Part shown: positions 49,503-60,248 of the stretch, in pieces
Layout of the letters: the number at the start of each line of letters is the position of its first letter
Position numbering within the stretch: position 1 is the stretch's first letter
Assembly (NCBI GenBank): GCA_905178155.1
Contig: CAJINV010000013.1
Location: forward strand, 3,158,158 to 3,222,157
Direction of reading: 5' to 3'
DNA from: Amoebophrya sp. A120
Taxonomy: Eukaryota; Protista; Dinoflagellata
DNA: 64,000 bases
Notes under the pieces: model-generated
What the model was told of the DNA's origin: nothing
Databases searched by the model: none
The model's input: the letters and a program-made list of their open reading frames with translations, nothing else
Program-made: the position numbers and the translations under genes

Positions 49503-50459
49503 ATGACAGTCTCCGAGGCAACGCGATTGGTTTTGTTTCCCATGCTCCGCGCCAGACTGTTTTTCGAAGGAGCAACTACCCTACTGCAGCACGCCGACGG
49601 ATTTTCGATCTTGCTACAGCACACGCGAGCGAGGACTTCGTCCTCATCGACAGAAAAGGAAAAAGTGCACAGTAAGGTTTTAGAAATGGGTAGGACGGAG
49701 AATAGCAAAAGGCGCCTTGATGAAAATACGAGCACAAAAAAGCAGACCGCCGCCCGCGATAAAAGCGGATCATCTGCCGATAATAATTCGAGCCAACATT
49801 GCGCCGGCTCGCACGAAGATTGCAGCTCCTTGCGCTGCTGCGCGGACCCGGCGCTGCGCTGCTACAAGAAAGACCAGTACTGGTCGGGTTGCATTCCGCC
49901 TGTGGGTTTTCCTGGCGGGTGCACACCGGGGGGAACCCGGCTGGAAGACGGGGCGGAGTGGTCGCACATGCCCTGGGTTTGCGAGTACATTGACGTCAAT
50001 CCGCTGCCAACCACAACAGCACCGGTCACCACGACAACTACTACACCTGGCACCGGCGGTGCCAGCAGCACTTCTCCAAGCAATGCTGACAGTAGTACCG
50101 GCACCCCCTACCTCCCAGTCACCTGGCAAAATAACGAAACGAACCTGGCCCCAACGGGGGATCATGACCAGTCGGAAGTACAGGATGGCGAGGTTACTGC
50201 GATGTTAAGACCAAAGGGTCCCAGTTTGAATTGCTGCGAAGGGGGTTCCTTTACCGGTGATGTTCCGCAGGCTTTTGGAGACGAAGTGGGCGCTGCTACG
50301 GAGGCTCAGCATGCGCTCCACAAGGCTCAAGATGGCAGTAGTACGCATGCTGACGCTACGTCGGAATCGGAGGATGAGGGGCATCATCTTTCAGGGGCAG
50401 CTCAACCCCCACCGTCGCAGGCACCAGTGCAAGACAGTGTGGGGGTTTCTCAAAGATGA
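49503..50459 (+). CDS. Shorter paralog of the preceding Cys-rich CBM1-like protein
   Basis: EDCSSLRCCADPALRCYKKDQYWSGCIPPVG...W.CEYIDVNPLP nearly identical to 47710-47905; homologous tail ending APVQDS. Confidence 0.65.
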   Translation: MTVSEATRLVLFPMLRARLFFEGATTLLQHADGFSILLQHTRARTSSSSTEKEKVHSKVLEMGRTENSKRRLDENTSTKKQTAARDKSGSSADNNSSQHCAGSHEDCSSLRCCADPALRCYKKDQYWSGCIPPVGFPGGCTPGGTRLEDGAEWSHMPWVCEYIDVNPLPTTTAPVTTTTTTPGTGGASSTSPSNADSSTGTPYLPVTWQNNETNLAPTGDHDQSEVQDGEVTAMLRPKGPSLNCCEGGSFTGDVPQAFGDEVGAATEAQHALHKAQDGSSTHADATSESEDEGHHLSGAAQPPPSQAPVQDSVGVSQR

Positions 50460-50507
50460 AGATGATACATGCACGCGCATCAACGTCTGAACATTGGCCC
50501 CAAAGCA

Positions 50508-51466
50508 CCCTATAGGATTACTCTGCGGATAGAGGTGAAATAGTAGTGCAGAAATTTCCAGCCGGACGAAAGGGGTGGCCCGTTCCGCATGGGCCATCGC
50601 GTTTTCACAATGCACAGCACGGCGAGAAGTAATCGACTGGGCCCGTGGTCGCGGGCCATCGCGCGTTGGGGTTGCCTAGGGCGAGCGTGGGCCGACCGGA
50701 TCACCGGGCCCGGGTCAAGAGCCAGGCCCCCGGCCCCCAAACCGTTCGCGGGTGGCAAAAGAGAGGCTTCGCGGACAGCTGTGCGACAGCCGTGCAACAG
50801 CCCGGCCCCAACGCAGGCCGCGCTGCGCGGGACCTGCGGCACGGCTGCGAGACAGGTGTGAGGCCGGTTGGGGGCAGGCTCGCGACAAATTTTACACAGG
50901 TGTGAGAGAGTTGCGAAATAGGTGCGCAATAAGTGTGCAACAAGTGTGCAACAAGTGTGGATGGGTGTGAAGTAAGTCGTTTTCTAAAAGAAAACGAACT
51001 TATTTCACACCCATCCGCACTTCTTGCGCACTTGTTGCACACTTGTTGCGCACCTGATTCCGGCTGCTGCGCGGGCTGTTGCACAGCTGCCGCGCGGGTG
51101 CCTCACAGCTGCTGCCGGCCTGCCGCCGAGCGGCACCAGAGAAAAAAAATCCGCGGCGGCGGGGGCGAGATGAAACAAAATTTTCGCGCGCGCTGCGCGC
51201 GCGGAGAAGGTTGTCCTATTCGCTTCGCCCCCCGTGCTTTCAGAAAAAAAAGGGCCGGCGCCTCATGTTTTTAATTTTCGGCGCTGCAGCAAAATCTGCC
51301 ATGAGCGAATCCGCTAAAAAAAACCGAGCGCGGCACCCCGAGACCAAAGACGAGAAAAAAAGAGCGCCGAGGAGGCGGACCGCGGTGCCAAAACGCGGCC
51401 AGATCGATGCAGTTTTAGAAGTTTGCACATCTGTTTCACGTCTATCCGCAAGAGGTAGCAATAGGG
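50508..51466. mobile_element. Non-autonomous DNA transposon (CMC/CACTA-like termini), intergenic
   Basis: Imperfect ~50-bp TIRs ccctat...ctctgcggatagaggtgaaatag / ctgtttcacgtctatccgcaagag...ataggg; 3-bp TSD gca; central palindrome 50920-51055. Confidence 0.7.
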
Positions 51467-51919
51467 GCACTTCTGGTCCAATGAACACAATAAACATTCA
51501 AGTTGAAGAACGAAAGATCAACGAATGTATGTGGAAGTCGAGATGCTTATCCATGATACCGCTGCTTCACGTGGAACTTGACGCAGACTAACTATTCTTT
51601 GTCATTCAACAGGGGCGCTGTGAGCGATAGCGACCTGCTGTGACTTTGTGAACATGCAATGAATTTCCCTGTTCCACGTCGTACGGGCTCGAGCATAGTC
51701 GTCGAACAGCGCTGCAGCTTTCATAGGGCTGCCAGATCTTCTTCGAGAAAGTTAGTTGGATCGTGGTCCTCGGGAGTAGAGTGTAGTCATCGAGAGATGA
51801 GACGAGGAAGCACGACATTGATCGTATGTTGCGTATATTGCGTCGTGATGCTTCTATCTAATAGTGTGGTCTTCGTCATTCAGATTTATTGCGCGTGATA
51901 GCGATACCGCATAATATTT

Positions 51920-52942
51920 TTGCGTTCTCTCAGGAAAGAACCGAGAGGATCACACACTGTCACTGTGAAAGGAAAGAAAATTATGGGCTTCGCACGAGGA
52001 CTTCTCCACGAGCTTCTGCTGGATGAGGACTATTCTTCCCCCGCTGCCTCTTTTCGGTCCTCTTCGAGCGACGCCGCATGGCTCGCGCATGTGCAAGTGA
52101 AGCCGAGGTCGACGTGGTCGATTCATCAGGCAAGCACCACGAGCGTAAAGCCAAACAAGGCAGCTGCTGCACAAGAACTAGCTCATCACATTGCGAATCC
52201 AATCAGGAATATTTCGGCGTTTCTCGAGAGGGCGACGAGCTTTCTGCAGGATCAACTTGATTTACACCGGTTCGTGCAGGGGCCGGGGGCGAAAAAGAAA
52301 ACGCATTTTTCCGAGAGGCAGCAGGAGACTGGTATGGCCATGGAGGCTGTTTCCTTCGCCGGTCGAATCCGCACAACCAATCGCAGCGGAATTATAGGGC
52401 GAACCAGAGTTCTTTTGAAGGAGCAAGAATTCATGGCAACCTCGTCACCAGAAGCGACAGGAGTGGTTTACTTGGTCCAAAGGCCAGCACGGAGAGCAGG
52501 AACTAGAGGCTTACGGGCAGGAAAGAACCATTTTCCCACCCTTTTCCTGGCCCACCACCCGCAAAAAGCGAATCAGTCCATCAACGACCTCAACCCGGAT
52601 GTGCAGCAGGCCCAGGGGCCCCGGGACTCCCCCCTGGTGGACCCGATTCAGCAGAAGGAACCGGAGAAGTGCATGAAGAAGTGCAACCCGGGCCCGGGGG
52701 AAGTTTGTCACCGCTGCAACCCCGACGGCAGCATCGAAACGCCGGAGCAGAAGATGAAGCGGCTGGCGGAGGAAGCGGGCGAACGGGTGGGGATGGACCA
52801 CATGACGATTGAGCAATGGAAGGACTTGTCGTTGGAAGGAACCATGCCGGAGTGCGACGGAGGCAAGCTGCGCTCCGTGGAGCACTGTCGTCATCCGTTG
52901 CCTCTTGGGGAGGACGGGACCTCGGACATTGACATGTCATAA
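51920..52942 (+). CDS. Hypothetical protein with Cys-containing C-terminal part
   Basis: 340-codon ORF; the 3' half has GC3-rich codon usage like neighbouring genes; no recognised motif; start uncertain. Confidence 0.45.
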   Translation: MRSLRKEPRGSHTVTVKGKKIMGFARGLLHELLLDEDYSSPAASFRSSSSDAAWLAHVQVKPRSTWSIHQASTTSVKPNKAAAAQELAHHIANPIRNISAFLERATSFLQDQLDLHRFVQGPGAKKKTHFSERQQETGMAMEAVSFAGRIRTTNRSGIIGRTRVLLKEQEFMATSSPEATGVVYLVQRPARRAGTRGLRAGKNHFPTLFLAHHPQKANQSINDLNPDVQQAQGPRDSPLVDPIQQKEPEKCMKKCNPGPGEVCHRCNPDGSIETPEQKMKRLAEEAGERVGMDHMTIEQWKDLSLEGTMPECDGGKLRSVEHCRHPLPLGEDGTSDIDMS

Positions 52943-53343
52943 ACTGGGAGTCGCAACATACAAGCTAAGTACCTACCATGAATGAAGTTGTGCGTGTAGT
53001 ATGATTGAATATTGCACCTACTGTTATTGTTCGACTGATTGGCTTTGGCAGCACTGGCCAGCTCGAAGACGTCGGCTAGTAGCTCATCTCGCTCGTTGAT
53101 TTGACGTGACGCATACGTTTGTTTCCGGAAAAAGCGCAGCTGTTCGGCAGACCATCGCAATCTCGTCCTATTGCAGCTTGCGATGGTGTTTTTTATTTTT
53201 TCTACGTTCAAATTCAATCACAATCCCCGGCTCTTTCTCCATCTACGCTTGTCTTTTTTGAGAGATGTTTTTGAGGAAACGCAAACGAAACACACGGCAC
53301 CGCTTTCCATTCTCTCTACCGCGAAAGAAAGAAAAACAACACC

Positions 53344-55377
53344 ATGCGCAAAACTTTTTCTACTTGTTTGCAAAACGCGCCGCCAGCAGAGCCACTGTAC
53401 TGGCGAGTCTCGGTCCGACGTGCGGCCAAAGAGACAGGAATCGGTGGAACGGGTGATGATCCTCGATTGGTGCAAGCGCGACTCAGATTGCCAATCTTCG
53501 GAACGAGGCAGAGTGTGATAGCACAGCCCAGTTCTTCTACTACGTGGTGTGCAACGTCAGCAGCATCGCTACCGGGAAGTAGACATCGAGGCCCCCTCGA
53601 GCACCACGCAGCGTCGTTCTCCACAACAGCCAACAGCGGAGGTGGTCGTGCAAGTTCTTCTACCTCTAAGGATGATGAAGACAAACGAAAAACGTCTGAG
53701 GACCAAAACAATGCGAGTGACGGCAATACCGGGTCGGGCACCTTCCGCGGCCGCTTTTCTTCGGACCCGGATAATCCCAATCATGAGCAAAGCGGTGGAA
53801 GTACGTCTAGCTCCAGTTCCGCCGCTGCGAACAAGAAGTACTCTGGCGAAGTTCCGGATTCCTTGAAGCATTTCCCGAGCTTCTGGCACCACCGGCAGAT
53901 AAAGCAGTTGGAACAGGAGATTACGGTGGAAAAGAACAATCACTCCCCCTCGCCCACTTCCAGCGACCAAAACGTGCCCCACTACCCCGAAGAGAACCTG
54001 CCCGACGCCTACAAGCCGCCGCAAGCGCGGACCCCCGGACAGACGCTCTTTCCGGCGGAGAAAGAGGATATCGAAATCCTCTCCGCCTCGAACCGGCTCT
54101 ACGCCCACCCCCGGTGGTGCGAGAACGCGACGATCTTGCGGATTGTGCGGTTATCGGATCCGGTGACTTCGCCGGTGTACCGGACAAACAGGAACCTGAA
54201 CCCCGGGGCCCACGGGACGGCGAAGTACGACCGGTTTGGGTACGGGCTCTTCTTCGCCTGTTGGGCATTCAGCCTGGGGTTCTGGCAGCTAGAGCGGATG
54301 GAGTACAAGAAATACCTGGTGGAACTACGGGCGAAGCGCCTCGCGATGCCCCTGGTCAGGCTGGAAAAGTCGCCGTTTCCCTGGCGGGACGGGATCGAGG
54401 GTATAATGTAGAATATGTGGAACTTGTTTTCCTTGCGTACTTATTTCAGTCGCAATCACAACAAGTTGCATGCAACAATCATACGCAAACTTGTACCTGA
54501 TATCGGCTCTTCAACAAACGCAGGTTGGGAATACCGCGTAGTCCAGACCCGCGGAGTGTTTGAGCACAAGAAAGAAATGTGGGTGGGTCCCCGGGCGCAG
54601 GGCGATCCGGCGGGGAACAGCTGTGGCCAGGGGTATCTGGTGATTACGCCCTTGGTTCTGGAAGATGGATCAACGATTTTGGTGAACCGCGGCTTCCTCA
54701 CGACCCAGGTGCTGCGCAACAAGGACCACGAGGTGCCTGGCTTCGTGCAAGTCCGGGGGGTCTTGGAGGAGGGCGAGATTCCGAACCAGGAGACCAACCT
54801 GCTGTACTTGAAAAACGAACCAGGACAGAAAAAATTCACCTGGCTGATCGCCGAAGACCTGGCCTACCACAGCTCCGCGGTGAACTACGAGGAATGTTGC
54901 AAGGGGCTCATAACCGCCTACGATTGCTACTACGAAGACCGAAAGAAGCACGAGCTGAGGTTCGACATGCGGCGGAAGGAGGATTTTCTGTTGTTCAACT
55001 TCGATGAACACACGAATTTCCAGTACGCAATCCAGTGGTTCTCCATCGGCGTAGTGGTTCTCGGAACGTACATATCAACTGTAAAAATGTCTGGGTCTGG
55101 AAGAATGCAAGATTTGTGATGCAGGTTTTCCATGACGCATGAGGTCTGGAATGCGAGACCCAGCATGACAGATTCTTTGAGGGCTCTATCATGCCTTTCC
55201 TGCATGAGAAACTCCCTGTCAACTTGGTCAAAAGCGGACAGCTTTTGGCACTCATGCTACACAGATTTTTGCATCATTTAGATTTAGCATGACAAGTTCT
55301 AACCTTCCAGACCCAGACATTTTTACATTTGATAGTACATCTGCAGGTTGAGAAGCGACTTGCTGTGGAGGTTTTAG
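53344..55377 (+). CDS. SURF1: SURF1/Shy1 cytochrome c oxidase assembly factor, 3 exons
   Basis: FSLGFWQLERMEYKKYL, GYLVITPL, ILVNRGF, FQYAIQWF. Intron 54401-54523 and introner 55073-55334; stop 55375-55377; start uncertain. Confidence 0.88.
55073..55334. mobile_element. Introner, 262-bp family, copy 2
   Basis: TIRs tatcaactgtaaaaatgtctgggtctggaa / ttccagacccagacatttttacatttgata; TSD gtaca (55068-55072, 55335-55339). Confidence 0.95.
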
Positions 55378-56419
55378 GCAGCTCGCGCTGGTGATTTCCA
55401 CAAAAATGCGTAGCCGTAAGAAGTGTAGAAGTAGAAGATGAAGAGGACAAATTGAAATTGCATATGCCCTCGAGGTCATGGCAGTCGCATGATTCAGCCC
55501 CCGCTTGGAGAAGCTGCTGCTAGAAGTTGACGGGTGTGTTGCTGTGATGTTCCACGCTTTTTAAGCGCTTTGTCTTCGCACCGAGCGGCAAAACGAGGTG
55601 GATCTGATTCTCTGCTTTTTTTTCACGTTCCGGTACTCTTTATTTTTGCCCGATGATCTACCTAGTCCTAGCCCACCGAGGTTGGCGTTACCATCTGCTA
55701 GACCTACTATGTCACTGCTTTGTACAGTCACGAACTTTCGAGGATGAAGATCAACACACTTAATGAAATTTCTAGGCCGATGACCATGTAGTTGATTCTG
55801 GAAATGTCGCCATGCTGCAGTTGCTTCACCGGAAAATAGATACGAGGCGGAAGCAGAAGCGGGATGATCAAATCAGCATCAGATCTAGCTGCTGGCGCGT
55901 TTCCACCTTGATTTTTTGTAAATCATTTTCTGGTTTGTTTTTTGCACAGGCGACATTTTCACGACGGAACTACCTCTTGAAGGAATTTTTTAGAGTTTCC
56001 CCGACGTTGTGCCTGTGTAGAATAGGAAATATACGTAAACGAGAAGGAAACAATACCGACAGGAACCTAGTGTGGAGATAGTCCTATTAAGAAAATAAGC
56101 CGGGATGAAACAACAACAAGCGAAGTCTATCGGCACAGGCCGCGTGCGGGTATACGTGTAGCACTAAACGCTACGGCCAATTCCACCGGATGACTGCTGT
56201 CGCAGCTGCATAAGGGCCTTCGTTCATCCATAAACAAGAAATCTTGGCATAAGTGGCCTACTGGCCGTGACCTCGTGACGACGACCTCGGCTTTTGAGAA
56301 CTTTCCGAGCATTCAGTTCTTGCAGTTGTACTTCTAGGTAGAGCAATACCTTCGCTGGCACTGGTGTTGGCCTTGTCAGGAGCTTTTTTTCGCAGGTTGT
56401 CAGCAGCCGCAAGAAGCCG

Positions 56420-59078
56420 ATGGGTGCCGGCGACAGCAAAGACGAACAAGGAAATAACTTAAAATCATTCTCATCTGGTACTACTACAACTAGTAATACA
56501 ACTGGAAGTGCAAAGAGCAAACACAAGAACAGGAACAGCACGAGTACTAAAACCGAGAAAGCCAAAACGCAACAAAAAGAAGAGAACCCCAACAAGAATA
56601 AATCTGGATCCAAGAAGTCCTCCATCTCCCCATCTGCATCGTCTGCAGCGGCAAAGATGAACGAGGGACAGGCAGTGGGAGTCGCAGCCAAAGATGTTGC
56701 CGCTCCAGCTAGTGCTGCCACACCGCCTGCGGAAAAAGAAGAGCGACAGCAAGTAGGAGGCGAGCCAGAGCAAGACTCTAGTAGTACTGCGGGCAGTGCC
56801 GCTGCCTCCGCCACGACAAATGACATCAGTAACGAAAAGCTTCGCGGGAGCTACCTCACCCGCCTGGGCATTGGCGCTTCGGCGACGCAGCAGGGGGTGA
56901 CGCGCACCTCACGCAACAGCCCGGGGCCGAACAATGGCACGAACGGCATCAACGAGGCCGACAACAGCCCCCCGAGAAGCGGCGCGGCGGCGGAAGGGGG
57001 GAGAAAAGCAACGCAGCAAACCGTTGTGGATTCGGTGGAGAAGAAACACGCAAAGAGCCCAGAAACGACGAGCGGAAACGGGGCGGGAGATAATCTATTC
57101 AAACCGGCGGCAAGGTAGAGCTGGATAATAGATTTTTTCGAGGTTGTCGCTTTTTGCTCGCAGTACGTAGATCATATGAAAAAGACAGTGCTGCTGAATG
57201 ATTGAAACTGAATTTTGGTATATGCGAAGATAAGTTAGTAAATTGCAGACCGGATTTGCAACATTATCCACTGTAAACGATCGACAGAACTGGCAACTCC
57301 CCCGGCGCCGGTCTGTTCGACAGTATAAACGACGTCGACGCGGAAAAGGAAAAAGAGGAGGCAAAGCCCGCGGCCCCAACGAAGGACTGGCAGATGACGA
57401 TCATCGGGGAAAACGACACTGCCCGGCTGATTCCGAACGAAAGGCCCGACGCGTTCCGCCACAAGTTTCTGCAAAGATTGTCCTACGAAAGAATCTGGGT
57501 GCCGCAGAGGGAAAGGGCGCCCAAGCATCAGACAGGTAATGTGCTTTGTCTGAAAAGTGTGTCTTGTTGTATATGGTACGTATAGATACATAGGCTCCTT
57601 GTACTTCTACATGCAGGTAGAAGTGGTTCTTGAAATGAGCCTGATCATCGCAACATGAAACTCCAACCACAGTGATCATCTTCGACTGGGACGACACCCT
57701 CCTCTGCACGAGCTACCTCAACCTGCGTCTCCCCACCCCGGAAATCCCGGCGCACATCCAGAAGCAGCTGGTCTTACTCGAACGCGTAGGCTGTCAGCTG
57801 TTGGAGTTGGCCATGAAACTGGGCACGGTTTTCATCATCACCAACGCCATGAAGGGCTGGGTCGAGTACTCGGCAAGCAAATACATTCCGAGACTAATGT
57901 CGACGCTGCAAAAGTACATCTTGAACAGTTCTTGTGTTTTCATCGCGACATAAATTAGATACAGGCGACAGATATGCACAAATGAGTTCATGCTTGCATA
58001 AGGTGAATCTGCCACATTCTGCATGACAGAGCGTTTTTGTCGTCCTTGGGCTGCGTAGCAAATGTCCCAAAACCCATGACAAAACAGAATGACCATCATT
58101 TCCGCCCGCGGCAACTACGAGCATGCGTTTCCGGGAAATTACGGGCAGTGGAAGATCGAGGCGTTTTTGCAGGTGCAGAGAGAGCTGAACTCCTCCATCA
58201 TCACAAATCTCGTGTCGCTCGGCGACAGCAACATGGAGATGGAGGCGGTGCACGTGATGGGCAAGCAGTTCGACCAGGCACTGATCAAGACGATCAAGTT
58301 CCGCGAGTCCCCGACCCCGGAGGAGCTTGTGAAGCAGTTGGAGCTGGTCGCGCAGAAGTTCGAGAAGATCATTCTAAACGCGAGAAATTTGAAGATCGGC
58401 TTGGAAAGAAAGTGGTCCGGGAACCAGCAGGGTGGTGGAGGTGGTTCATCTCAGGGACACCACCAGCAGCAACAGCAGAAGAGCGGTTCGAGTAAGCCGT
58501 CAACGCCGGTTGCGGCGGCCAACGCTGGCGGAGCGTCCATTGCGCCAGCAGCAGCAGGAACAGGACCGCAGGCGACAACGTCCTCGGGCAGCACGCCGAA
58601 CACGTCGTCTTCGACACCAGTGAATGAAAACTCCGCGACTGGAGCGACGTCACTCCACGCACAGATGCTGCGAGACCAGCAGAACAAATCTTCAGCCCAA
58701 GGTGGAGCACCAGGAGCTGTTCCAGCAGGACCACCACCTTCATCACAACCCCAGAGCAGCGCCTCCACCACCGAAAACAGTGCTGATAAGACCCCGACGG
58801 GGGGTACCAGTCCGAAGGATAACTCCTTCGAGCAGGCCTCTGACGGCTCGTCGGTCTGCGACCAGCCGCCGAACGTAGCGGATGTCGCAGACGTGGACGG
58901 GATGACGTCGCCGCGGCGTGCTGTCATCACCGCGGAAGAAAAGAACGAGGCATTGCGTCGCGCGGGCTTCCATCCGAACGAAAAGTTCCATGACGTTTCT
59001 GTGGCGGACGGTTCCTCAACTGCAGGTGCTGAGAAGACTGTGGCAGGCGGTGTTGATGAAAGTAGTGCGAAGAATTAA
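56420..59078 (+). CDS. HAD-superfamily-like conserved protist protein with low-complexity flanks, 4 exons
   Basis: TVIIFDWDDTLLCT (DxD motif), IITNA..GWVEYS, IISAR, NLVSLGDS. Inferred introns 57115-57287, 57536-57672, 57914-58087. Confidence 0.8.
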
Positions 59079-60248
59079 CCAGAGTGAGAAGTGGCGATGC
59101 GAACATGCTGGAAACCACCATTTTCTGACGTAGGCGCGCGAGACTTCCAACCGAACCGAGCTCCGCGTTTACAGTTTTTCACTTGTCCGCGTCAATTTCC
59201 GTGCCTCTACAATTTCCGCCGCGATTGAATTTGGCCTTCGCGGCCTTCTTACACACAGCACAGGTCGACGTCGTAGAGGTACCCACCGACACTCTGGCGC
59301 TCCCCCGCCATCTCAGAGTGTGAGCCCCCGAGGTCGGATGGTCGTCGTCTTTATTTCGTTTTCTGCTGCCTTTTCGTCAAGAGCACCAGGTTCCTCCGGG
59401 TTCGGCCATTTCCAACATCAACAAGTTTTTAGGCAATGCGATAAATAGCAGAAGGATGCCGATCCCGATGCCGGTGAAAGAATGTATGGAGTTGCAACAT
59501 CCCCACCAGTGCACCACCAGCAGAACAAGAAGGACACTTGCCTGAGCATAATTAAACTTTTGAATAGAAGCGACCTCCCTCCCAACACGCTCGTCGATCT
59601 AAGAGGACGTGGCTAGAACGACAAGAGAAATTACCCGTCACAGTTTTTTCCTGAAAACGACAAATCAGAACCCAAACTTTTGAGAATCCTAACTGTAACT
59701 CACTAGGACTACTACCCGGGTTATGGTTGGATGAAAAATCGAAAGAGCAAGAAGAAGCGAGTTCGATGCTTGATTGCGACGGTTGTAACACTACACCGGT
59801 AAAAACCAAAAGTGTTCCCAATTTTCCTGCCAGCGATTTCTCTTGTTTTGATCTTTGGGAGCTGTACTGTGACTTTCAAAGAAAGACTTGATCTCGATTC
59901 CAATACTTCCATTTTCACTTTTTTCATTTTCCAACGCGAACTCCTACGCTTTTTTCCTTTGGCCGAGGGGTACCTCTATGTTTTACCGCCTGGGCTGTTC
60001 CTTTTACCAGAAGTAACAAACTCATTGACAAATACGCGCATTTAAAAGATAACAACATGTAGTCCTCAAGGCGTTGACATCAAGTACCCTGCACTTTTCC
60101 ACGGAAGAACGTGGCAAGAAAAGGCCGCTGATGCGGCGACGTCAGCTGTAGCAAGCCGGAAAAGCGCGGCGGCCAGCCTGAGGAGAGGAGAGAAGTTGTC
60201 GAGTTGCACGCCACAGAAGTGGCGTGGTTCCTGACGTCCTAGCGCAGT

